A DNA stretch of 64,000 bases from Raillietiella orientalis (lineage: Eukaryota): positions 4,712,001 to 4,776,000 of the forward strand of contig JAYWIR010000006.1 of NCBI GenBank assembly GCA_036172245.1, given 5' to 3'. The notes beneath the pieces are model-generated. The model did no database searches. It was not told the DNA's origin and worked only from the letters and a program-made list of their open reading frames with translations. Within the stretch, counting starts at the first letter, position 1, and each line of letters starts with the position of its first letter. A program made the translations under genes and the position numbers. Below, in pieces: positions 23,801-33,699 of this stretch.

Positions 23801-26800
23801 GAAAAGTCACCCCTCAGCGGACCTCCGGAGAAGGCAACACCTTCCTCTCTACCTAAAGGGGTGTGGCGGCCTCGATGGCGCGCGAATCCGTCCACCTCCG
23901 CTCCCTCCCCACCGGAAGCGGCGGAGTCGCGTGAGGACGAGCGGACACGCTCTCCTGAGGCCATTCGATTTCCCCAAGACCTACCCTTTCCGCTCTCCTC
24001 CCACCCCTCAGGGCAGAAAGGGGGGGTTCACGGCAGGTCAGGCAGAAGATCTCCGAACCCTTCCTCTGGGTAAGGATACGCGTGCACACGTCTTGGAAGA
24101 CGCGTGTCAGACGCTGCCTCCCAAGCGGGCCAACCGAGGAACCTGGCAACCGGAGAGCCGCTCCTGGCACTCCTCGAAAGTTGCCGCGGGCGCATTCCGG
24201 TGGCGCCAGGGGAGCACCGAATTCGCTGCGGAAGGATCGCAGCAGCCTGAGTGGATCAGCACTCTCACTCTTGGGAACGTCGCCTCCCGTTCAGGGATGG
24301 ACGCCCCTACCGTGATCACTCCCTAGTTTGCAGGGTCACACGCACCCTCGGGTGACGTGGGCAGCGTTAAAGAGTTTTGTGGTCTCCCCCTACCATTGAG
24401 AAACCCAGAGGGGGATCACCGAAAATCCATCGAAAAAGTGGAGTCAGGATCGATTGGTGATTTTGGCCCTCGAGGCACCACGTTCTCTGGTCCCCTGAGG
24501 GGCCATGAATCGAGGGAAGAAAGCGAGGGAAGTCCCAGTGGGCGGTGCCCGCGCAGACTGGTGACTCGGCACCACATGTAGTCCGGGTAGAACAGTGAAT
24601 AGGAGCAAGGGAAGCAAGGGAGAGGAGAAAAAGGGAAAGAAAAGGAGGAGAGAAAAGGAGCAGAAAAGGAATAGAAAGGGAGGGAGCAAGATGAAGAAGG
24701 AGGATAGGAAGAGAGAGGGAGAGGGGGTAAGGAGGAGAAAAAAAAGTGATGAGAGGAAGAGGAGAGGAGGAAAGAGGGGGGAAGGGGAAAGGAATGGAAA
24801 AGGAGGAGGGCGACGGAGGCGTATCCCAGAGGAGTGATCCCTCTCAGGGAAGACAATGCAAAACCGGGGGGGGGGGGCGAGGGCGAAGTTTCCTGCGTAA
24901 CGCCGGCAGATGGTTCCAGAAGCAGCGCGTAGGAGAGGAAGCGGCAGGGGAAAGGAGGTTGGAAGGCCCTGGGCACTCGGAAGGAGCGCGCATGATTTGC
25001 CGCCTGCAGGTCCCCGGCTTACTCTCTCGGATGCAGTCGAAGCCGTTTCCTTGGAAACCTTCCAGGCAGGCGCAGCAGAAGCCGCCGCTCCGCTTGTCGA
25101 CGCAGGTCGCCCGGCTGTGACAGATGGTGAAGCCTTTGCTGCAGTCGTCGAAGCTGCTGACGTCGAAGTTGAACTCGGGGTCGGTGGGCGTCACCGTCCT
25201 CCCGGGACCCACGTGGAACAGCCACATACCCGGCTCGTCCGTGTTCGATATCCTTGGGGCGCAGGGTGGAGGAGGCGAGTTCGATATCCATCAAATGACC
25301 CCTTCCTCCCGCCTCTTACTTGTCCAGGTGCTGCACTTGGTCTCTCCCGGAGAACGGGAGCAGGTAGGCCTCCCCTTCCTCGGCCATGAACCCTGCCTGG
25401 CTCCTCGCGTCGGGGATGGAGTCCTTCCCGTGTCCCTGGATCCACTGGATCCCGTCGTCCAGGTAGAGGAAGAAGGCGTAAGTCTCTTTGCCGTCAGTGG
25501 CCAGGACCGCTTGGAAGGTGTTGACCTTCGAGCGTGCCAGCTGGGAGCCGAGTCGCGGCGCCGGAGGACCTACCTTGCTCTCATGTAGGGGAGCCCTGTA
25601 GTACCCGACGGCGTCCCAGGTGGCGATGACTAGGGTCTTCGGAGAAAATTTCTTGGCGTTGCGGAAGTACTTCCTGACCTCGTGCGACGCCCTGCGCAGC
25701 AGCTGCTCGTCCCGAGACTCTCTTGAGGGAAGAAAAGGCCGGAGAGTGACCGGCGCGGGCGCTCGGCAGCGCGCGCGTGGAAAAGGAGGGTCGCGTCGAG
25801 TTGCCACGGCGATTCCGATCACCGCCAGGAAGAGAGGAAACGGGGAAGGAGTGTGGTTGCGCGGTACTCCAGGTCCAGGTCCAGAAGGGCCGGCTGGAGT
25901 TCGTCTCAGTTCCCTGTCGCTGATCTTCTGACTATGCAAGACGGGAGAGGGAAAGAGGGGGGGAGGGGCAGAGAAGTTAGCTAAAGAGAGGAGGAGGAGA
26001 GAAAGACGACTGGAAAAGGACCGGGTTCCTGGATCTCAGGCTGAAGACGAGGAACTGTCCTCTGTGTGTTCTTCACTGCTGCTTCTGCTTCATTGGACGC
26101 TTCTCCTCCTCCCCCTCTCGATCCCCTCTCCGGAAGTCTCCGCATCCTTGGAAGAGAGCTTCCTCTCCCACTCCTCCTCCCTCTGGAAGTGGGACAGCCC
26201 ATTGCAAGGCAATCTGCTTTCCCCTCCTCTTGTTGTCGCATGCGGGTTGCCTTCGATAGCGCGGTTGATGCCCCCTTGAGGGACAAGCGGAGTCTCTACT
26301 TGGAGAGCTCCTCCGCTCAGGAATGCAGGCCGTCCAAGAGCTCTTCCCCGCTTTCACTCATCCTTATCTCGTCGGAGCCTAGCGCGGGAGGGGATCGTAG
26401 GCACGCAGGGAGAGATGAGTCCGTAGATCAGGACCGTGAGAGGTCAGTCCAAGTGCCGCTTGCAGCTTTCGATGAAGCCGCGCATGTAGTCAGTGCAGAA
26501 AAGTGAGCAGGAGCGAGGAAGGCAAGAAGGAGAAGAGGAAAGGAGCAGGAGGGGGGGAGGAAGAGAAGAGGAAAGGGGGAGAAGAGAAAAGAAAGAGAGA
26601 AGGAGAGGAGGAAAAGAGAATAGGGAAGGGAAGAGGAAGGGAGGAGGAGGAAGAAGAGAAGAAGAGAGGGGGAGAAAAGGGGGAGAGAAGGAAAGGAAGA
26701 GAAAAGGAGGAAGATAAAAGGAAAGGAGGATAGTAGGAGAAGAACAGGAAGGGAGGGGGAGGAGGAAGGAAAGAGAAAGAGGAGGAAATGTGTGCCACTT

Positions 26801-27774
26801 CCTGGGGCTCATGGTAGCAGCAGTTGTACTGGAGCTGCACGAGAAGATGCTCCCCTCTCGCTCTCCTTGTCTTCACTGCTGGGACCGGCGGCCGGGTTTC
26901 CAGGAGACCAGAATCGCGGCTGCTGGCCACGGGGAGGGAGGGAGACCCGCGCTTTCACGCCTACCTGTAGAAGACGCGCCCTCCCGAGCGCAGGTCCACA
27001 TCCGAGTAGAGGGGTGCAGCGACTGCGTATCTCAGGGGCAGCTCCGCGTTGTAGAAGTTGGGCAGGCTGGCGTCCAGGCTGAGCAGCCCGTTAGAATTGA
27101 TCTGTGGGGAGAGAGGTGGGGCTTAAAGGGAGAATCGAGCTGCGGGAGAGGGGAAGGGGCTGCAGATGGCCGAGTACTGGGCGGGGAAGGGTCCACGGCG
27201 CACACACGCGTCTTCCCGCTCGCCCCGTGCAAAAGGGTGAACCTCCGCGCCCAGTGGGGGGAGGAAGTAGCCGACATCCCACCGATGCTCCTCCCGAAGA
27301 GGATGGACTCTCCCTCTCCTCATGCTCCCCTTCCGGGAAGGGAATCCGGGCTGAACGGGCGCTCCCGGGAGGTGGAGGTGTCGAGGGAAGGAGAGGAAAG
27401 CGAGGGGACTGCTAACGAGCGCGAAGGTTGCTAGGTAACGGGCAAAGCGAGACGGCGGGGACCGCGGAGACTAGCAGAAGGGAAGGAATCGGGTAGGGGT
27501 AGGGAGATCCCTCCCTACCCCTACCCGGTAAACCACGGCAAGTGAAGGCTGCTCTCCCCTCATCTTTCCCTCTACTCACGAAGACGTGGGTGTGGACGCC
27601 CCCGTAGAAGAGCACGGGGGCGTGCAGGGGCAGCGGCGCGCTCGAGTTGTCATCGCTTCCCGGGGGCAGCTGGTCGTCATGGTGCTCCACTCCGTAGGGG
27701 AAGAACCGCTCCCGGGGCAGGGCGCGCGCGGACGCCAGCAGCGCCACGCAGAGGAGGGACGGGCTCAGCGACAT
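11694..27774 (-). CDS. Ndg: Nidogen/entactin (basement-membrane protein), whole gene, 24 coding exons, 3894 nt = 1297 aa + stop
   Basis: Hand-spliced model with consistent phases: signal peptide MSLSPSLLCVALLASARA; NIDO (INSNGLLS, PLYSDVD, IATWDAVGYY, VNTFQAVLATDG); EGF; G2F (NGLTLTGGRF); EGF array; YWTD repeats (IYWTD, LYWTD, LFWTDW, IYYTDW); terminal EGF. All introns GT-AG except one GC-AG. Extra exons in the large introns cannot be excluded. Confidence 0.95.
11878..11993 (-). CDS. Ndg: Nidogen exon 23
   Basis: KSVFRSHKANG...PLGGSGKLYDIIYIPENC. Confidence 0.88.
12044..12152 (-). CDS. Ndg: Nidogen exon 22 (YWTD)
   Basis: CKKIYGDERRVVADNIKYPFGVTVSGDFIYYTDW; GTAAGT donor. Confidence 0.92.
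12221..12390 (-). CDS. Ndg: Nidogen exon 21 (YWTD)
   Basis: KLFWTDWDRLNPRIEVSDLMG...LPNGLTVD...LCWADAG. Confidence 0.93.
12967..13138 (-). CDS. Ndg: Nidogen exon 20 (YWTD)
   Basis: [28 protein letters not shown]...LVNPRGIVV. Confidence 0.93.
13186..13296 (-). CDS. Ndg: Nidogen exon 19 (YWTD)
   Basis: IDADCQDGRIYWTDINNRAIVSSSYDG; GTGAG donor. Confidence 0.92.
13340..13468 (-). CDS. Ndg: Nidogen exon 18 (G3 propeller start)
   Basis: ISQQTGDLLLTTYGMSII...QIAI; GTCAGT donor. Confidence 0.87.
13517..13673 (-). CDS. Ndg: Nidogen exon 17 (EGF)
   Basis: GYQGNGHEC...CDRNARC...CRCHAGFRGDGYTCQ. Confidence 0.9.
14505..14890. repeat. Purine-rich (GAG/GAA/GTA) low-complexity tract, nidogen intron 16
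   Basis: Direct composition. Confidence 0.85.
15630..15836. repeat. Mosaic trinucleotide microsatellite (CAT/CAC/CGT/CAA), nidogen intron 16
   Basis: In-register triplet runs. Confidence 0.9.
16246..16466 (-). CDS. Ndg: Nidogen exon 16 (EGF repeats)
   Basis: ETCLAQEDCHPMARC...CQCVVGYTGDGRSC...CSPWAEC...YRCVCQK; GTGAG donor. Confidence 0.9.
16546..16671 (-). CDS. Ndg: Nidogen exon 15 (EGF)
   Basis: ECGESSDCGSNAACVHGNGTHHGVCVCEAGFRGDGRHC; not in the supplied ORF track. Confidence 0.88.
   Translation of the reverse strand, partial: ASAAKAATAEATPPASTATGPTTGFASAKPVSEEMGGTARG
16734..16853 (-). CDS. Ndg: Nidogen exon 14 (EGF)
   Basis: ANCDSPCGPHSFCVVQDHDVGRCVCEPGYEGNGHVC; GTGAG donor. Confidence 0.9.
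17004..17120 (-). CDS. Ndg: Nidogen exon 13 (linker/Cys module, GC donor)
   Basis: ctttcag acceptor; NEYYQMNASVPCPDGFEKNALTALCDPVIQMVSLHQQK; ends AAG|GCAAGT. Confidence 0.65.
17530..18605. repeat. Diverged direct repeat pair (17530-17730 and 18435-18605)
   Basis: Shared blocks GAAAAGCAGGCGCCCG, CCTCTCAGATGA, CCATAGAA, TGGCCGTC, GGGCTTTC.TA.ACACGGG. Confidence 0.7.
18740..19165. repeat. Purine-rich low-complexity tract, nidogen intron 12
   Basis: Direct composition. Confidence 0.85.
19330..19437 (-). CDS. Ndg: Nidogen exon 12 (short Cys module)
   Basis: tttcag acceptor; TDERVDIYPQPDCETGGCVCPPYFVYREDHHVCEP; GTAAT donor; phase 1-1. Confidence 0.8.
20890..21725. mobile_element. AT-rich MITE-like element in nidogen intron 11 with an internal degenerate (ATCT/ATTA) repeat
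   Basis: Left GGTTCGAAATCCCGAA (20892-20907), right TTCGGGATTTCG (21708-21719); shares TAATCTGTATACA.ATATG with about 9259-9277. Confidence 0.65.
22184..22411 (-). CDS. Ndg: Nidogen exon 11 (EGF plus short Cys module)
   Basis: PCEGGCPPPAECVYSPESGAHVCRCEEGGLGDGHPC...PIPKCLSGICTCPVGW; GTGAGT donor. Confidence 0.87.
22456..22599 (-). CDS. Ndg: Nidogen exon 10 (EGF)
   Basis: VCSFCDPAASCEFDAQSQSYECRCPPGLFGNGEIC; not in the supplied ORF track. Confidence 0.85.
22651..22821 (-). CDS. Ndg: Nidogen exon 9 (EGF)
   Basis: AGGPTCGGLLCDPNALCLEEDLPGHRRCRCRPGYFGNGTSC; not in the supplied ORF track; GTGAG donor. Confidence 0.85.
23039..23245 (-). CDS. Ndg: Nidogen exon 8 (G2F end)
   Basis: VLESRSRKSF...VTQRIRFESC...MMRYATEATISALD; GTAAC donor. 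Confidence 0.87.
23306..23509 (-). CDS. Ndg: Nidogen exon 7 (G2F)
   Basis: GRFNSTQEVNF...ISGSLPAV...EEFVAAGK; GTGAG donor. Confidence 0.88.
23568..23798 (-). CDS. Ndg: Nidogen exon 6 (G2F)
   Basis: ttttcag acceptor; LTLNIFGKFEGDLNG...GRVYFAF...LSWTFA...NGLTLT; GTGAG donor. Confidence 0.9.
24590..24815. repeat. Purine-rich low-complexity tract, nidogen intron 5
   Basis: Direct composition. Confidence 0.85.
25023..25252 (-). CDS. Ndg: Nidogen exon 5 (NIDO end, first EGF)
   Basis: ISNTDEPGMWLFHVG...CHSRATCVDKRSGGFCCACLEGFQGNGFDC; GTAAG donor. Confidence 0.92.
25320..25525 (-). CDS. Ndg: Nidogen exon 4 (NIDO)
   Basis: VNTFQAVLATDGKETYAFFLYLDDGIQW...AGF...LLPFSG; GTAAG donor. Confidence 0.9.
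25574..25721 (-). CDS. Ndg: Nidogen exon 3 (NIDO)
   Basis: ESRDEQLLRRASHEVRKYF...IATWDAVGYYRAPLHESK; GTAGGT donor. Confidence 0.88.
26495..26790. repeat. Nearly pure A/G tract, nidogen intron 2
   Basis: Direct composition. Confidence 0.9.
26965..27101 (-). CDS. Ndg: Nidogen exon 2 (NIDO)
   Basis: ccccacag acceptor; INSNGLLSLDASLPNFYNAELPLRYAVAAPLYSDVDLRSGGRVFY; GTAGG donor. Confidence 0.92.
27580..27774 (-). CDS. Ndg: Nidogen exon 1 (signal peptide, NIDO start)
   Basis: ATG at 27774; ...PVLFYGGVHTHVF then GTGAGT donor, phase 0. Confidence 0.9.
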
Positions 27775-28599
27775 GAATAAGGCTCCTGGACCGCGCAGAA
27801 CCCTGTCCTCTTGTCGCGAGCACTCGGGAAGGATCAAAGATCAAGTGGGTCTGGGAGGAGGGGGAGCAGGCCGACGGACGGACGCCACCAATGCTGCTCC
27901 AGCGGCGCCTCGTCCTCCTCCTCCACTTTTCTTTCCGCTGCGGGGCGTGGCCGTCGCCCTCTCCGGCCAGGAGGGAGCAAGCGACACTCCCAGAGGGTCG
28001 CTTGCCCCGGCAAGCGACCTCTGGGAGCGCCCGGCCTCGCCTCGCGGGGCAGCGAGCGTGCCAAAGGGAAGGGCGGAACGCAGAGAGTCCACGTCCGCTC
28101 TCGACTTGTCAGTGTCCCCGGTCAGCACCGCTGCCACCCTTCCGGGAGGCTGCGGAGCGAGGGAGAGCCCGCAGAGTGTCCCCCTCCTTCCCTTAATGTT
28201 TTCCCCACACGTTCCTCTCCCGGAATTCTCCCAAGAGCCCCAAGGCCTCCCCCACGATCAGCCAGGCGGCGAACCGAAGGCAGCCACTACCTGCAGATGG
28301 CGCTCCGATACCGCCGACATCGCGCAGCGGGCTGTGCCTGGGGGCAGAGCGTGCGTAGGAGCGCGCCCTTACGCCCACGGTGGTTCATAGGCACCGTAGG
28401 TGCACACTGGATGCTCTTGGAAGGGAAACACACGGAGGCACCGCGCGTCCAGGCAGCAGGTTTCTTGACGAGCAGGATTCTTCAGTGGCACTTGGCAACC
28501 AGGGTGACCTCAGTAAGCAAAGAGCACTTCTCTCTCCCTCCGCCTGCTGCCCTCTGTCCCTGAATTCGCTCGAAGAGATCGGACGCCGAGAGACGTCAC

Positions 28600-31300
28600 G
28601 GTCTGGCTACCGCCTCCGCAAGACCAACATGAGGGCACCTGAAGGCCATCAGGGACCAACGCGTGTCCCCAAGCACCCGGTGTGACGCGGCGGGTGGACG
28701 AGAAAGCAGACTCGGAGACCGGTCATCCCCGATGGCGGTTCCACGTGCGAAACGGAGTGGAGACCGGATCGTTGCTTCGCGATGACCTTTGGGGCTGACG
28801 GACTCATGGCGCCTTCACAGGGCACAACCACCCGCCCTGCCAGAGACGAGCAGTGCCAGACAGCAGCTTTCTCCTTCCCACACCTCCCGCTGCCGAGCGC
28901 CGACTTCCCGGGGAGCGAGGGGGAGGAGATGCCTCGCGCCCGCACGAGGCATCTCCTCCCTCTCTTCAAAGCAATCGATGGCTCCGTTTCTCGCATTGTT
29001 CCCCCTCCTTCGCATCACCCCCGGCACTGCCCATCGCGGATTCACCCACTCTCGGATCGTGAGTGCCTTTTGCTCACCACGCACGCTCAATCCGTTCCGG
29101 GTTCCTCGTCAGTGGCTCGGAAGACCTCTGGCCTTTCCCGGTGTGCATCCCGGAGGAGCTTTTCCAAGGTCGCTTCCGCTCCGGCGCGCCAGCCGGACAG
29201 GTCGGTAGAGGCTCCGAAGAGTCAGGAGGAGAAGGAAGATGAGGTTGCGCACCCGGCGTAGGCAGCGTTCGAGCGATCCGGAACGCTGGTCATTCTGGAG
29301 TTGGCCACTGCCCTGCAGAGGTTCTTCTCCCCGTCCGACGCCTCCTGCTGTGGGACTTCTGGAGGAAAGAAAACTCCGGTGGAAGACCAGGAAGGCCGGG
29401 ACCAACGGCCAGGCATCGAAGCCAGCAGAAGGCAGCAACTGTTGGCGGACAGCGTGGTCAGGACACGAGCACGTGATCCTTCAGGGCAAAAGCGCGGAGA
29501 ACCGCGCCGTCTTCTCTCCGACGAGCAACGTGTGCTCGGCGCGCTCCAGGACCGACCTGGCCATCAGGATGGCGCTGCTGGCCATCAGTTCCCCCGACGG
29601 CGCCAGCGTCGTGCGTCCTCCCGTCAAGGCGTCCAGGGAGCTATCCCCCTGATCGTCAGGGCTGCTTGCCTTCGGGACTCACCCGCACCGTGCTCTCTCG
29701 CCGGCGGCGCATTCCCTCCTCCTCCAGCGCGTCCAGCGATGAACTGCGCCTTCCGGAGCCTCCTTGACCGCTGTGGAGGCGATCTGGAACCTCCAGGTGC
29801 TGACCACGAAGGGGTCGTTCGCCTCGGAAGGGAGCAGAGAGAGGCCGACCGCCGCCGTCTCCACCGCAACCAGAACGCGGAGGAGAGGGAACCGCGGGCA
29901 AGACGTCCGTGGCCTGGAGGGCTGGTCACTATGAAGACGGCAGGCGGAGCGCGGAGAGCCTCGGGGAGTCGGAGGGTGGCCTTCTCGTCGGTTCCGGAAA
30001 CAACGTGGAAGGGATCCAGGAGGCATGCGACTCTGCAGCGACTCCACTTCAAGTGCCGGAGGACGGGTCTCTCATGGTTCCTCGGCAGCTTCCCCGTTCC
30101 AGGTGGGGAGTTGCCAGTCGCCTCTCGGCGGTAGCGCTGCCTCGGCGAACGTTGCGGGAAGCGAGGCGCGCTACTCCGCAGCATTTCGCCGAGACAAACT
30201 GCCCGGCGGCGCGGTTCCCTGGAGAACTGAAGGTCGCGCGCGATCGCTCCGAAACATTGCGACGCCACGCGAGGGGCTTTTTTCCCTCCTCTCCTTCCCC
30301 CTCCGGGGGTTGCGTGCGCATCCGATCCAGCGCAGCTTGGTGGCGAGCTCCGCTCTTCGACGGGACGGGAAGACGCCATCCTGAGGCGGTGGCGACGCCG
30401 CATCCACTCATCCTGACGTCCTCTTCTTGACGGGCACTCTTGTTGCACGAGCGCTTCGCCCGCACGCGGCTGCGGCTGAGGCTCCCCGTGGCGCACAGTG
30501 GACCTCCAATGCACGCGATCCGAGGATCTTCCCGGCAGCCGGTCGATCGCCGCCGCGTGACGCTCCCGAAAACCATTTGGCTCATGACGCGGCCTTTCCT
30601 CCGGAGCACCTGGCAACCCTGAGTGGCGCGACGGTCGCGAAGTGCAGAAAACCGGAGTGTCCTTGCGGCTGTACCTCGGGCGCTCCTGGCCGTGTGGCGC
30701 CCCTCGGCGGTGGGTCTTCTGCGACCTGGCGCGCTCCCGCAAGATGCTCAGCTGGGCTGGTGAGGGCGCGGCACGCTCCCCGCTGTGGACGGCTGACCAG
30801 GGCGGGGGCACCAAGGTGGAGCTCCGGGGAACGGCGGGGAGAACTCGTTCCCGTGTTTGGGGCTGATTCTGGAATTTCCTTCTGAGAGATCTCGCCAAGG
30901 AGGTGCCGCCCACCTGTTCGGCGCTCTTGCCGCTAGGGCCGCATCCCGAGGACTTGCGAGGTCGACCCAGGAACAGTCACCCTGACTTCTTCGACCGGTT
31001 TCCTGGGGAATCAACCGTGCGGGTCGGTTCCCCCATCGGGTGTGCTAGGTGGAACCCACGCTGGAACCTTCCCATAGTGGATCTGGGGGAGTCCTGGTCT
31101 GTCCCTTCCGCCTTTCGTGCACGACGGCGGGACGAGTGGCTTCCAGCAGAGCAAAGGGTCCGTCCCCTGCGAAGGGTGCGAGGGGGGAGGCTGTTCGTCC
31201 GCTCCTCTCCAGGTCCTCGGACTCTCTGCTGCTCTTCCACAGGGGGATGTGACATCCCCAAGGAAGGCTTCGCGTCCAGGATTCAAAGAAAGGCACTGAA
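28600..31300 (-). mobile_element. Heavily decayed LINE ORF2 (endonuclease to RT start, possible C-terminal zinc finger) enclosing the AGA fragment
   Basis: Only degenerate echoes of motifs: MGRFQ for GDFN, KKPLAWRR for NWRP, DEKA for D.EKAFD, CAL*RRHES for C..C...ES..H. Confidence 0.4.
29490..29885 (-). pseudogene. AGA: Intronless disabled 5' fragment of N(4)-(beta-N-acetylglucosaminyl)-L-asparaginase (aspartylglucosaminidase)
   Basis: Piecewise translation PFVVSTWRFQIASTA / SSLDALEEEG / CAAGERARCG*VPKASSPDDQGDSSLDAL / THDAGAVG / ELMASSAILMARSVLERAEHTLLVGEKTARF is colinear with AGA motifs (VVNTWPF, SALDAVE.GC..CE...C, SPDE.GETTLDA, DVGAVGDL, ARKVLEHT.HTLLVGE); one stop and local frameshifts. 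Confidence 0.8.
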
Positions 31301-33699
31301 TGGAAGAAAAGGATGCAAGGAAGGGAGAAGAGAAGAACGAAGGAACCCAGCCAAGGGATAAACGCCACGGGGAAAAAACCAGATGGCTGCCTTCACCTGG
31401 ATTCCCACGCGACTCTGCAAAAACCTGGTCACTCCTTCCTGCCCTCTCTTCGCAGCTCAACGAGACAAGCCTGGTTGAGCTTTTTGCCCGGGTAAAGATG
31501 TAGAACCGTCGCGTTCCCGGAAGGAGGCGTGAGGAGCAACGAAAAAGAGGAAGAGGGGGGGGAAGAAAGCGAAAGACGTGGATGAGGTGAACCTGGAGGT
31601 TTCTTTGAGGTGCCTCTCTACGCGAAAGGACAGTCGAGGTTCCGGTGAAGGACATGCTTGAGAAGGGAGCTTTCAGACGCCGTCGTCTCGTGAGCGACTA
31701 CCTTCCTCTAGGATGGGATGCGCCACGTTGCCAGGGTGATGATGGTAGCTGCTCGAAAAATGCCCAAAGAATTCATCGCTACACCGCTCTGGCGATTCGA
31801 AACTCTCCCTGGAAGGTCCTAAACCAGGGTCTCTAAGCCGCCCCGCTCTCCTTCCTCTCCTTCCTCCCGGGCCAGCAACGCAGTCGTAGCACTCGGACTT
31901 CAACTGGGCAGGAGCGCGAGTGCACGGGCTTGGCTACGCCCCCGACTTGCAGCATCAACGAAAGCAACAGGGGAGATGTGATGATGCCACTCCTGGCACC
32001 ACGAGGATCAGCAGCACCATCGTTTCACCGTCAAGCAGCATCCCTGCTTCCCTTCGTCACTCTGCTTCAGATCTCGCGAGGTCACTGGAGAAGTCCCTGG
32101 GACGTCTCTTGCAGCTTCGCCCTCCCCATTCCCTGCAAAAGGGCAAAGGGCAGTCATTCGCTCAGGGAACGCCAGCTACCACCCGAGGATGCTTGAGCAG
32201 AGTGATGGAGAAGAGGAGAATGCCCTTGTCCCGAAGGAAGGGGTGCCGGTCGGAGTGCGCCTCACGCTAGCAGGAGCGCTTCGTCCAGGGAGCACGGCGA
32301 GGAAGGGAACGCTCAGAGTCTGCTTGCCGGTTCCTTTCGCATAGTGGTCCAGTTCTCTTTCTGAGGCGAACGGAACATCTTCGAACGGCACTCCCTCCCC
32401 CCCACCCGCAGTTCCTCCTGCCCATATGCTCTCGCCGAGAACCCCTCCCTGTCCGCGCGCCGGCGCAAATCGCGTCTCCCATCGGCATACAGCGTCCAGA
32501 CGGATTTCAGATCGGCCTCCTCTCTTTGGGGAGGTCGCGCAGGTCAGCGCTGAACGGCTAGATCTTCCATCCTGCTACCTGGGTCCCGCACCACAACTCC
32601 ACGTATGCACTCCTGAACACGCGAAAAACGACTGGAGTCGGCGCGTGTCCGCCCTCCTGGGAAAGGCAGCTTAGACGAAGACGCTCTTGGATTCCTTCCT
32701 ACCATCAGAAGCCGGAGTGGCTGCAGAAAAGAAGTAGGGAGCAGGGAGAGTTGATATGAGGAGTGGGCATTGCATTGAATTTTCTGGTAACGGTAAAGGG
32801 AGGGATTCTTGTGGAGGAGATCGAGAATCGAGATCGATTCCACTATCTATTATGGAAAAACACATGGGGCTGGATGAGGGTTAGGGAGATGAAGTACCGT
32901 GGTGATTCTGGGGCTGGCTACTCCGCTGACTGAATTCCTTCCATCTCTAGTGGTCCTGTGCGCACTGGGCGGCGAGAGCGCTTGCCACTAAACCACCGTT
33001 GGTGCCGCACGGGCAAAAATACAGCATCTGCATCTTGACCTGCATCTTTCCGCCTCCACTTCGACGCTGAACCCGCGTCCACGGGAACTTTTCGAGTAGA
33101 ACAGACCTTCCCGTAGATCCAGCTGCATCTGTCCCTTTGGCGGCGGAGGTCCTGGTCTTGGTCCTCCGACAGGGGGAGGCGATCGCTCGCCGAGGTGCAT
33201 CCGTGCCCCGGAGATCGAGGGGTTCCGCCCCTCGCGTCTTCTGCATCAGCCGGTTTCGAAGGGCTTAGCTGCTTCCTCAACACGTCTTCGTGATCTTCGG
33301 CAGGGAACACACGGCCGCGGGCAACGCGGCCATCGCCTGGAAGCAGCGAGGAAGAAGAGGCGAGGCAGCCCACCAGGTGGAACCGGAGGCGGATGGCAAC
33401 GCTGGTGTCCCACGTTATAAACAACCCTTAAGAATACACACACACACCCCATTCCTCCCACAGACCTTGCCTTACATCACAACTATGCGTTTCCCGCCCC
33501 GCACTTGGAAGCAGCAGCAGCTTTAAGAGGGAGGGGTCCCCAGAGTCACGGGTATTTCTTCCGCGGGGGATTCCATCTGCGTCTTTGAGTGCGCGTAGTC
33601 CGCCCGCCCGCATGCTCCTCGTTCCCTGGGCTGCTTCCCTCTTCGGGGAATCCCAGAGTCTTCTGCAGCTTTCCCCTCCTCACTCTTCCCCCACCGCGA

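Noticed and set aside
25242..25290. 11-nt direct repeat (GGATATCGAAC on -) in intron 4 and at the start of exon 5, hinting at intron gain by duplication
   Set aside because: Too short and not at both intron boundaries; chance is plausible.
29624..30913. 429-aa minus-strand ORF as a real gene
   Set aside because: Arg/Pro/Ser-rich composition typical of GC-rich shadow frames; it overlaps decayed LINE and AGA sequence in other frames.
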